A stretch of DNA of 63,095 nt, counting the filler, from Diploschistes diacapsis (Eukaryota): assembly GCA_023645945.1 (NCBI GenBank). It is 10 parts of 10 records of this genome, joined end to end, with 100 filler letters (N's around TTAATTAATTAA, not from the genome) between each part and the next. Parts side by side here need not be neighbours in the genome. Positions count along the whole stretch, not along the records: positions 36,700 to 63,095 come from JALAIB010000181.1; 9 more parts are not named here. One strand, 5' to 3'. Positions 52,262-63,095 of this stretch are shown piece after piece; the first letter of the stretch is position 1, and each line of letters starts with the position of its first letter. The translations under genes were made by a program, and so were the position numbers. The notes below the pieces were generated by a model. It saw nothing but the letters and a program-made list of their open reading frames with translations. It did no database searches and was not told the origin of the DNA.

Positions 52262-53378
52262 TCTGCGGTCTTTCCTGTACCTTCTACCCTTGTTCAAGAA
52301 GATGTGCGCAACGCAAAATACGAGAATATTTGTGATCAGATTCTATTTTCAAGATCGAAGGAGATTTTCCAAGGACGTTTAATAAATATATTTCGTCATA
52401 TCGATATTTCCGAGTGCACTTTTGAATGTCTCGCTTTTTGGAAGAGGGGAATTCAAAGTGGAGGGGTGACAACCAAATAATAGCCGGCATCAAAATTCCA
52501 ATCTTCCAAGGTGGTTTTCCGCTTGGCCTCTCCCACGATTTTCGCTCACCACAGAGTATCTTTAATCTGCTCACATCGACAGTTCGTGTCGCGCTCAGGG
52601 GTGCACGTCAGTGCATTCTTTGGGTAGATGGTTCCGCGGCTCTGTTCTACCATGAGCTGGCTGCAGATTCCTGTCAAGTTACCCCCTTTCTGTATAGTAG
52701 TATCCTGGGAGGAAAAAGAGGCGCTTTTTCGCAATTAAATCAGCTTCGAAGGAATTTGATGCATTCATTCGTTCTAATCAATTAGCTGAACGGATCGCAA
52801 GGGTGCAGTTGAGATATTAGTTCCGTATAACTCAAGATATTGAGAGAGTTCATTGGTGCCATGATCCTCTTGAGACCCGTTATCCGTAAGCCTACCTAGG
52901 TAGTACGAGCCATTGGATTCGATATGGGCAGACTTTTATAGAACCTTTGGTCCCTGTTCTGTGCCTTTGCATCTGGCTCTCAGACCGGGGAGCTACTAAT
53001 GTAAGTATGAAAGGTTGTGGCCAGATTCCTCAACAACCATCCGGCTGTACTAAGGAAATAGATGCATAGAGCATGTTCACAGAAGTCGAGAACTGAAAAG
53101 AGTATCCACTGTTGTCTCTTCCTGGTACGGCGACCTGTTATAATCTTTGCCTCCCCTTGTAATGTACAATAATTAACAGCTTGTAGTCCATTGAAATGCA
53201 AGCATGAGTGGAAGAAACCTCAGCGCCAGACGCCTGGAGGATGCAAAGCTCGGGAGAAGACCTGAACAGCGAGGAAACCATGCCTATCCACCCAGCTCCT
53301 CTGATCGTGCTTTTCTGATGCTATAACACATCACACGCAGTGATTGGTCGCGTGGTATATAGAGCTGTACGATATAAC

Positions 53379-53802
53379 CTAATGTCCAGCACCTGGCATC
53401 TGTCCTGATTGCATCATCTGTGCGTTCTGCTCTTGAAATCGCGAGCCTAGACGTTCTGTGCTCTTCATCCATTTATCAACGCAGCGCATGACGCATCCCT
53501 CTTCCCTCTGGTGTAGAGTTTTGGATGTGAAGTCGTTCACGCAGTCGTCAAAGCATCGCTGGACAAGATTTGAGTAGGTCTGCATGCAAAGTTAGGAACG
53601 ATCAAAGTTTTGACAGTTTATCTCCGTCCGAAACGAGCTCTCGCTAGATGCTCACATTCATGAACTCTCTCATTTGCTTCTTTTCCATCCGCGACTCCAG
53701 CTCCCTCTGCTCTTGCTGTGTAAGTCTATATGAAGTAAGTAGGAGCACTCCCTAGAGCCCAAAAGAAGGCTATGCATTGCTCAGACTTTACCCTGCACTC
53801 AT
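53379..53802 (-). CDS. TIM9: Mitochondrial intermembrane-space chaperone Tim9, 3 exons
   Basis: [27 protein letters not shown]...CVMRCVDK twin CX3C motif. Confidence 0.93.
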
Positions 53803-54669
53803 GTTGATGGGGATCCAAAGCTTCCTAAAGACTGAATTTCACAATGTGCCTCTCCAAATTTGCAGACTGAAGCTCTAAGCTATCATGATCAGGAACAGGC
53901 AGTTCTTGGCATGACAGAACGAACCATTTGTATGATCTAAACGCTTTTAGGCCTAGCCTGAAGCGATGACGGGTTGTGGGCACGTCTTGGCACGTCTTCG
54001 TATTTCGGCTGTTGCTCTCTTGTGATCGTGACCCACCTGCTTCACGAGCTGAGCTTCTGGGCCTTAAGGGATCTATCTGCTCGAGCAAGCAAGGCAATAC
54101 ACTATACAGTACCTGTCAGATCGACCTATCCTACTCTTGCTGCATATCTCAGAGTAATCCGCATAGATGCTGCCGTTCCTGCTTCTGCTTCTGTCGTTGC
54201 TCCCTAGCTAGGCGTTCTCGTGTTTGCTTTGGGCCTTCGCTGATCTTCCCCCCCCCCCAGCACTTTGGCGTCAAGAGCTTGGGTCAAGTTCGCACTTCCT
54301 TCATCTGCTCATACGCACGCAGCGCATATTCTATACGATCGTCAACCACTCGCAACCATCTTCGACCCGCCATCTCCCTTCGGCTGCCTCTTGCCTTTTG
54401 TGTCTGAACTCCGCGCAGCAAGAACACACAGCCGAGCGACCAAAATCGCACCAGAGCTTTCAATTCGTCGCGCCGTTTTTTATCGTATGCCAAAAGCCCA
54501 GTCGATATCAACGCCTGTTTCTTTTCAAATTGGAAGCCTAATACTGCGACTATCTCTCTTCGCTGCGCGAGCCTAATCCACAGCGCGATCTTATTCTCTA
54601 CAATCGTGCGCTTGCGGTCAGTCAGTTCGAAACTTTTGATAAAGCAAGATCGTTGGATTACCAGTAAAT

Positions 54670-57183
54670 ATGACTGCCAGTGGCGCGCCGCTGGGCAACC
54701 AAGCACCCAATGGGCAAGAAGGAACTCCGCAGGCTTTGAAAACTTGGTGGGCAGGGTTCAAGAAGCGGTCCAAAAAGGAGCAGAATCCAGGTAAGGACGA
54801 AGATCTATGATACATTTGCATACTTATAGCTTCAAGCTCCGGCGCCCGAGCCTCCCCCAGGAATTTTCGGTGTGCCATTGGAGATCAGCATTCGATACGC
54901 GAACGTCGCCATTTCTCTTTTGAATGATAGAAATGAGAGCTTCATCTACGGATATGTCCCGATAGTAGTAGCAAAATGCGGCGTTTTCCTAAAAGAAAAA
55001 GGTGAGTCTGCTACCAATTAGGTGGACTTCCAGTCTAATCGTGCCCAGCTACCGACGTAGAGGGCATTTTCCGTCTTAGTGGATCTTCAAAACGTATCAA
55101 GGAACTACAAGCAATTTTCGATTCGCCGGAGAGGTACGGAAAAGGATTAGACTGGACTGGTTACACAGTGCATGATGCCGCCAATGTGTTGAGAAGGTAC
55201 CTTAATCAGCTTCCACAGCCCATCGTGCCGCTCGAATTCTATGAGCGGTTTCGGGGGCCCCTTCGGTCTCATATGACACACGCTGTGGGAGACATCGCGG
55301 CCATGACCCAAGGACTACCGAATTTTGATCATGACAATGCCATTCATACTTACCAGCGATTGATCACCGAACTACCTTCCCTCAATCGTCAGCTTCTTCT
55401 TTACATTCTTGACCTGCTCGCTGTCTTTGCGGCTAAGGCGGACATCAACCTGATGACTGCAGCTAATCTTGCGGCTATCTTCCAGCCAGGGATGCTTTCT
55501 CATCCCACCCACGACATGAGCCCACAGGAGTACAGACTTAGCCAAGATGTCATCATATTTCTCATTGATAACCAGGACAGTTTCTTGCTCGGCATGAGTG
55601 GCACTGCAGTTGACGAGAAGACGGTCAAGGAGGTGCAAAGCGGTGCTCCTTCACGGTCACAACCCACAACGCCCAAGGCTTCCCAAGCTGGACTCGGACG
55701 CTCTGCATCCAATGCTAGTGGAGGGACTGATAGTCTCCGCAAACTCACTGCTGGGATCCGCAGAAATGTATCGGTCTCTTCTAGAGGGTCGAAGCATTCA
55801 TCTAGCCAGGGACCAGCGACGCCCTCTTCTGGTGTTTTCGTGACCGGTGGAAGCGGCGTCTACAGAAGCAATACTGTACCATCCAAGAAATCGCCCGCTC
55901 TATCTTCGATGCGTTTCACGCGAGGCATGGATTCTCCAAATACGCCGATTGCTCTATCTCCTGGATTAGTCTCGCCATCGGCTCGTTCAACGTCACCCGC
56001 GGAAAACTCTTTGCAAGTTCCTGAGGTGCAAGCGCCCTCACGGCCACAGCAGTCTCCCGCAAGAGGTGAAAGGCTGGCAGCACCTCAAGTGACTACAGCC
56101 TATGCCTCAGAAGTATCCGATCATAGCAGAGAGCAACTTTTTCCCAACGAAGGAGTATCCACACAAGTCACAGCAGGGGGATCGCCTAATTTGCGACCAG
56201 TTCTGAAATCTAGAAAGGTCTCGGATATATTGTCAAAATCCATAACGGGCGAAAAGGACGGCAGACAACCGAACAAACTGAGGAAAAAGCGTGCGCCTAG
56301 CGGTATCAACCCGAGTGCTCACAGTTCCACAAACTCCTTGACCGCGGCAGAAGATTCTCCTAATGAAGGTGTGTTTCGCACGCCGTTGATGACCCCGGGT
56401 ATCGGAGCTGAGACACAGGCCGAACCAATACTCGAAGCCCCAACAATGATATCCGAATCAGCGAAGCGAAGAGAGTCAGAGTCGCAGGTAATTACTGAAG
56501 CTGACACACCTGAAAAGGCCCCAAAGTTAGAACATTCTCAGCAGGCATCAGAAACTACGTTGAAGGGCAAATCCCCACCCCACTCCATCCATTCGAAGTC
56601 TTCTGTAACGGACCTATCGGAACAAGATCACAATGACAACGGGAAACCAGATAGAGCTGGGAAGCGAAGCCGCTGGAGATTCTCTCATTCCGCAAAGAAG
56701 GAATCCGCTGCAGAAAATGCCCGCTCCCCAGTTCGAGTTGGCTCGAATGCAGTCGCAGATAAAAGCTCGAGTTCCATCGGTAGTTGGCATAAGTCGCGCA
56801 AATCAATGTCCAATGATGTTACGGGGGAAACACGAGAGCCGGTACCGGCTATCCCTACACAGCACGTGAATACTGAAAGCTCAAAGGCCAGGGAGTCCGA
56901 AGAACATCAAGATACTAGTGGTGACAAGAAAGGGTTTTTCGGGAAGATGATCGCAAAAGTATCTCATTCGCGAGAAGAGCGCAAAGAGCGCGAATCAGAA
57001 AAGGCCCGTGCTAAGAGCCCTTCACGGGACACTGACAAAAGTGGGAGTATGCAGAGTCTTTCAGCGATTGCGAATGATATGCTTCCTTCGAGAAGCCGCT
57101 CAATGGATGTTAGTCGGGACCTTATTCCAGAAGTGGTACCTGAGGGGACGGAACCGCCAAACGCGAAGACTGCGGCATCATGA
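54670..57183 (+). CDS. SAC7: Rho GTPase-activating protein (Sac7-like), 3 exons
   Basis: GIFGVPL, YGYVPIVVAKCGVFLKEK, EGIFRLSGS arginine finger, HDAANVLRRYL, NLAAIFQP; long Ser-rich tail. Confidence 0.88.
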
Positions 57184-57731
57184 CCCTTCATTCCTTAGGC
57201 GCGAACTTCTTCAGCACATTAAGGTCTTTGAGATACCCAGGGGAGGAAACAACGTTTCTTGTAGGAAGCTTTTTCCGAGTTTGATGCATCAGGCCAGGAG
57301 GCAAGGGAAAGCAAATACTAATGGTGTTACACGATTCTCTGGATTCATCTACTGGAATGCAGCCTCTTGTTACCGAGGAGACTTCTATTCTAGTCGAATA
57401 CAAACATGTTTATCAAGAAACATCCAGTATGCGACCTTGGGATACTAGATCGTTATTTGGTCAACAAGCACGACAATCTCTTTGATGCAAAAGTGATTTC
57501 TTTGTTTGCAACAGTAAGAGACATATGGTGAATTTACAATGCAGGCGTGCATCTGTTAACAACCCTTTACATGCTTCACACCTTCCTTTACGTGCTTTGA
57601 CGCTCTTCACCCTCCGCTAGCATGTGTGTTTAGGTCGGCCAACCTTAGCCATCTGTATTTCTTTCTCTTTATCCATTGAAACGCAATTTCAATGCTCACG
57701 ATGACAGAACCAGCAACAACTCAAGACCTGG

Positions 57732-59301
57732 GTGGCGATTCGTACACTCCAGGAGATCGAGGTTTGTGAGCCCCCAACGCTACTCCGACCCGATGATGCT
57801 CATCCCACAGGCGCCATCGCTGGGAACAGGGACTCTGTCCGCGAATCTATCACCGAAGAGCCCGCTGTCAACGACTCGCTTTATCGCCAGGGTCCCGTTA
57901 ACGATTGGAACGCCGTTCCGCTACCGGAAGGGCGCTACAGTGATCCTGACGAGCCGCTGCCATCTATCGAGGCAGAGGACCGTTTAGAGGACCAAGTGCT
58001 AGAAGTTCTCTTCAACGAGGCTCTTGTGCCAACAATCGATACCGCATCTATCCATTCTGAAGGGTTTGCAGATAGAGGAATCGAAAGCGTGCCGGTGTAC
58101 GCTGCTGATGACGGTACTTCGCCAGGACCGCGTGGCGATCGCTGTTGTGTTGCGAGCTTCGGTAATTCCCATCGAGAGAACATGATGAGAGCTATATATA
58201 GAAAGAACGTTGAAGACAGGTCAGAAATTGAAAGGAATACAGAGGAAGAAGAGAATGCAGAACTAGGAAAAGTGGGGGACTACGTTATTGCCACCGATTT
58301 GAATGACACCTCCGCTGGGGATTTCTCTATCCAGGAGGATGACACTCTTCACAGTCTCTACAATTCTTCGGGTGCGTATACCTACGCTTCGAGCGCCTCG
58401 CCCGCCGTTGAAAGAGAGACAACCGAAAATAAATCCAGGAAAGCGAGTTTCTTTGCCCCTTTCGACCGTACGGCAAGCGCCCTTCCCGGTTTATCTAGCA
58501 ACAGTAAGTATTCATCGAACGTCTCCGTCAACTCTATAGAAAGCATTACAGGCATCAATTTGGACAATTCATCTGTCGAGCGTGATAATAGCTGGCGGGA
58601 TACTCCAAGGAGAAATTATCAGGGTTCGAACGTCGGAACTTTTGTCGAAGATAAAACTACACAACTCGAATCTCAGAGCGAGGATCCCTTTCCAGAGCAT
58701 GCGACTGATACAGCCATGTCTCCTGGTGGAGCTAGAAGCGTTGAGTCAACGGTCCTTGAAAGATCCAAATACAGTAATACCGATATCACATCTAAGAGCA
58801 AGCACGATGCCGCGGAGCGCGCAGCTTCTCCCGCCGGTGTATATGATACTCAGCCGATTGGAGTACCCCCAGCGCCTACCGCTGATTTCGTGGAGGCGCC
58901 CACTGCTTCTCACATGCGCAAGATCGACGAGGTGGACAAGAGTGGACTCAAAGATACCAAGGGCTCTGCTCGTCCGACGAAGAAAGCAGATATCAGTGAC
59001 CTTCGCGGTAATCGCACCTCCCATCGTTATAAACCTCACAACCTCCATCTCGGGCCAAACAGTCAAGGCATGGTCCGTAGGCGCAGGATCCTGTACAGGA
59101 TGACGGTCCAGGAGTTTGGGTATGTATACTTGGCAAATGTTTTCGGTCGCCTCGAAGTCGCAACGCATTGACTGACATCAGCGATCTAGAGTGATATATT
59201 ACAATGTGCCGGTGTACGAGTTGGAGATCGAGACCGAAGCTGGCGGAGTCGTGAAGGCTATGGAGTCGGCGGATCTGAGATCGTTGCTTGGTGAGAGTTA
59301 G
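57732..59301 (+). CDS. Hypothetical acidic, low-complexity protein; start uncertain; last intron ~59120-59189
   Basis: 479-codon open frame; GTATGT...CTGAC...TAG intron leads to a short terminal exon VIYYNVPVYELEIETE. Confidence 0.55.
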
Positions 59302-60405
59302 GGGCTTGTGGGAGGAAGCTTGGTGGTGAGGTTGGAGGAATGACTGGGGAGGCGGCCGCTATCACGCGTTTGATATTAGTGTCATGACATGCGGAAAACT
59401 GTTACTCATGTACTAAGTAGCCCAGAAAAAATAAATCGGTGTATATCCAAGGGCTTTGTTTCTGGGATGTGATGAGTTTCTCGCTCCAATATACCGCTAA
59501 TGCCATTATCAGAAACTTTTCGTTTTCGCCTCCTATGTTAAACACGCTGGTCAAACGCTCTGTTTCCATGCTGAAACGTCCGATCACAAAGGCTCTCGAA
59601 AGAGTACAAACATTGTTTGCGAATGAAGCTCGGTGGTGAAGAAGAAGGGTATGAAAATGCTGATACGAATGCAAAGGGCCGGAGTCAACAATAAGACTAA
59701 TGGAGACGAGCAACTTTCCAATGGCACTGCTATATCAAACCACTTGCTTCTCGCTCACTCTGTATGGTCTAGAGTACCGAAAGCCTCCTTAACCGCTTTG
59801 ATTCATCGTTGCTTCCTCGAATCAGATTACTTGGATGGAGTGGCAGTAACTCGGCCTGATAAGCAGGCACCAACTAGGCTTTGGCCTGCTGAAGGCTCCT
59901 TGAAAGTAAAAATCACTCATACTCGTGATACAGTATTCTCTAGCAAGATTGAAGAACTGGCAAAAGGATGAAAAGTGCAGTCTCTGCTTTCTGGATATGG
60001 AATGAAATTACCTGCTACTGCGACAATGGCTCTTTTATATGAGTGCTGCATGTCAAGTTGGCATGGCTCATATAAATAATACTTTGTGGATACCATCATT
60101 AAGAATATCCTCTCACGAGAATATGTTAGGATAGATAGACTACCTCTTGCTGTGTGAATGGCCTTGTGTGTCTTGGTATGAGCATATATTCGTCTAACTT
60201 CTGCAGTCACGGTCGCCCGCAGTGCAGCGGCGGCTCTGAACGGGTGGTGGGGTAACCAATTCTTTCTATTTATTTGATTTCGTTCGCAGTGCGGTCCAAG
60301 TTAGTTTCTCTCATTTCTCTCTCGTCGGTGCCATCTACTTCCCAGAGCCTGTGGTAGGAAGAGCACGAAATCCTCCGCCATCAGACGATCAATTACCCAG
60401 TCAGA

Positions 60406-61563
60406 ATGAACGAGATTACGCACCCTACTATCAAGGGTACGTCGCTCCGAGGAAGGCATTGCACGCAAGTAGCTTGATAACCTGCTGATGACAATTGCAT
60501 TGAACTGACTAACGACCATTTCTCAATGCAGATGGCTGGTTCCGCGAGATCAGTGAGATGTGGCCGGGTCAGGCCATGACTCTGAAGGTCAACCAGGTCC
60601 TACACCACGAAAAGTCAAAATACCAGGATGTACTCATATTCCAGTCGAGCGACCATGGAAACGTGCTTGTGCTGGACAATGCTATCCAATGTACCGAGAG
60701 GGACGAGTTTGCGTATGACACTACCATCCCCTACATGACCGAAGCACCATATTCGAGAGATGCCTGCCCGCCACGTCTGCTGAGATGCAGCTGACAGCTC
60801 CAAACAGCTACCAAGAAATGATCACACATCTGGCAATGAACTCTCATCCAGACCCCAAAAAGGTGCTAGTCATTGGCGGAGGTGATGGAGGTGTCCTGCG
60901 TGAAGTGGTCAAGCATCCTTCGGTCGAGACTGCCATACTTTGTGACATTGACGAAGCCGTGATTCGCCTCTCCAAGAAATTCCTCCCTCACATGAGTATC
61001 GGCTTCCAACACCCGAAAGTCAAGACTTACATCGGCGATGGTTTCCAATTCCTGCGAGACCGCAAAAACGAGTTCGATGTCATAATCACGGACAGCTCAG
61101 ACCCAGAGGGACCAGCAGAAGCGTTGTTCCAGAAGCCGTATTTTGAGCTGCTGAACGGCGCATTGAGAGAAGGGGGCGTCATTGCCACCCAAGGTTGTTA
61201 GTCCTTTTGATTGGCGGTGCACAGTTTGCTCAACGCCTTCCACCCACCCTTGTTCTTGCAAACGCTGACTCGATCGTCGCTATAGCCGAGAATCAATGGC
61301 TGCACCTGTCGCTGATTGCGGACCTGCGCAAGGCTTGCCTCGAAGTCTTCCCGAACGTGCAGTACGCCTATACGACCATTCCTACATATCCGTCGGGCCA
61401 GATTGGATTCATGGTCTGCTGCAAGGATAAAGATAGAAACCTGAAGGACCCCCTACGCTCGTGGAGTGAGCAAGAGGAGGAGAAGATCTGTCGGTACTAC
61501 AACAAGGCGATTCACAGCGCCTCTTTTGTACTACCAAACTTTGCGAGGAAGGCATTGCGGTGA
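60406..61563 (+). CDS. SPE3: Spermidine synthase, 4 exons
   Basis: [65 protein letters not shown]. Confidence 0.96.
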
Positions 61564-62068
61564 TTGAGGCGCTTACTGGTAAGCATATGGCTGTGAGACG
61601 ATGATGAAACGGGCGGCAAAAAGCATTGCACTATGATACCACTTTGCAAGTAGATTGAATAGTAATGATTATGAGCACACGATAAGCCTGATCACTGACC
61701 GTTGAGATGGGGTTCTTGTCTATTAAACTAAAGGCAATGAGTGGTGCAGAATCTAATGTAAGCTCAACAAGAACTATTGAAACATATGTAGAATTCTCAT
61801 GAAACATATAGATAGACTCCTTGCTGAATTCTGGCAAACTCAAAACCCATGGGATCGGACCTCAATTTACAATAGCAGCAGCAGCAGCGACTTTCATATT
61901 TCAGATCTACCACCACACCAAGCTTTCTACAGCGTGTCATTCGAAGATGACCTGATTTGTAATCTCCGGTAATATGGATTGATAACAAAGCTGTAGCAAG
62001 GAAGCATTCATTTTCCCAGAACTACCACCTGCAGAGAACACAGAGAAAAAAGGAAAGCAAGGGCGAAG

Positions 62069-63095
62069 ATGACGCGGCTTATCCTCTCGACCTCGTATGC
62101 GCGCCCCTAACAACTAGGAGGCAAGACAAAGCTAACACTATCCAGCAACATCATGAACGGCGGCCCCTCCATCATCGGCCGCCGCCCAACCTTTGAGAAG
62201 TCAAACCGCGAACTTACCAACTCGCTTCGCGCCAACTTCGCCTTGGCCCAGCAATCCGTCTCCCAACGTCCCTCACCATCCTCTGGCCAAGATACCGCCT
62301 CCCAGAGCGGCACCTCCCCTCCCCCTTTCCCACCTCCATGGACGAAGCTCGACCCCGACTCCTCGACCCTCTACATCCCCCGCCTCGACCTCACCCGCTC
62401 CGGCGGCCTCTCGGAGCCCCGCTCGCAGTACGACATCACCGTTAAGCTCTTCTTCCTGCCCTCGACCCGCACGCCTTCCAGCCCCGCTGCCACCACTTCC
62501 TCCCGCGACTCCACCAGCGACCCCTCTTTCTCCCCTGCGTCCTCGCATGTCCAATCCGCCATCCAACTCGTCCTCGACGAGCTCCACGCCCCCTCCATCG
62601 ACCTCCTCATCATCTCCTTCCCCGGCATCTCCCTCGACGCCGACGACGATGACGACTCCTCCTCTGACTCCACGCCGCCCCACTCACCACCCGGTCCCAA
62701 CCTCCCGGACCCCACCAATCCCTCCGCTACACCAACACCACACTCCCAATCCCAACTCGACCCCCAAACCCCACCCCACGAAACCGGTGACCTCTCCCTC
62801 GCCTCCATGGCCAACACCTGGTCCGCCCTCGAGTCCCTGCACTCGCGCCGCATCGTGCGCAGCCTCGGCCTCGCCGAATTCAGCAGCCACCGCCTCGCGC
62901 GCTTCCTGCCGCTGTGCGCGCGCGTGCGCCCGAGCGTGGACCAGATCAACGTGCGCGACTGCTGCGTTGTGCCGCGGGAGCTGATCCTGTTTGCGAAGAG
63001 GGAGGGGATCGAGCTTCTGACGCATAACGATTGCACAGATATTTTGCCGGGGGGAACGGTTAGGGAGTTGCTTGGTGGGATGGTGGAGGCGGGGG
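62069..63095 (+). CDS. GCLM: Glutamate-cysteine ligase regulatory (modifier) subunit; runs off window end
   Basis: Own translation: MTRLILSTSNIM...KSNRELTNSLRANF, YDITVKLFFLP, IDLLIISFPG, LGLAEF, VDQINVRDCCVVP, IELLTHNDCTDILP; intron ~62095-62145. Confidence 0.85.

Noticed and set aside
59402..60210. Minus-strand fragments faintly resembling a decayed oxidoreductase
   Set aside because: No intact Rossmann or YxxxK motif; resemblance too weak
62193..63036. Long Pro-rich and Gly-rich ORFs in the ORF track
   Set aside because: Alternate-frame and antisense shadows of the GC-rich GCLM exon

Overview
Eukaryotic DNA from a filamentous ascomycete (short GT-AG introns with CTRAC branch points, RIP-like AT-rich relics). 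The window is not contiguous. It is ten contigs joined by nine artificial 100-bp linkers (44 N + TTAATTAATTAA + 44 N): nine ~4-kb contigs in descending length order (1-36599), then one 26-kb contig (36700-63095). The long contig is an ordinary housekeeping neighbourhood (LSC2, QNS1, DUF3245-like, SFL1-like HSF factor, GPI11, SFA1, TIM9, SAC7-like RhoGAP, SPE3, glutamate-cysteine ligase modifier subunit). The short contigs carry single genes among transposon debris: a PD-(D/E)xK-like protein, choline sulfatase, RPA34-like, a putative glycosyltransferase-like protein, an SDR, a sugar transporter and an expansin-like DPBB protein. The debris includes a hAT MITE with an intact 8-bp TSD, pogo-like ends, a 15-bp minisatellite element and a RIP-degraded multi-gene block. 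The best candidate for an undescribed system is at 17819-20345. There an intronless, bacterial-type YgiC/YjfC (glutathionylspermidine-synthase-like) ATP-grasp ligase is divergently paired with a small secreted protein. That protein has a lipobox-like ISSC, Kex2-type KR sites, a TRGFG motif echoing bacterial YgiB TRGGFG, a 12x His tripeptide repeat and a Gly tail. This suggests a fungal enzyme-plus-substrate-peptide module, which is an inference that needs testing.
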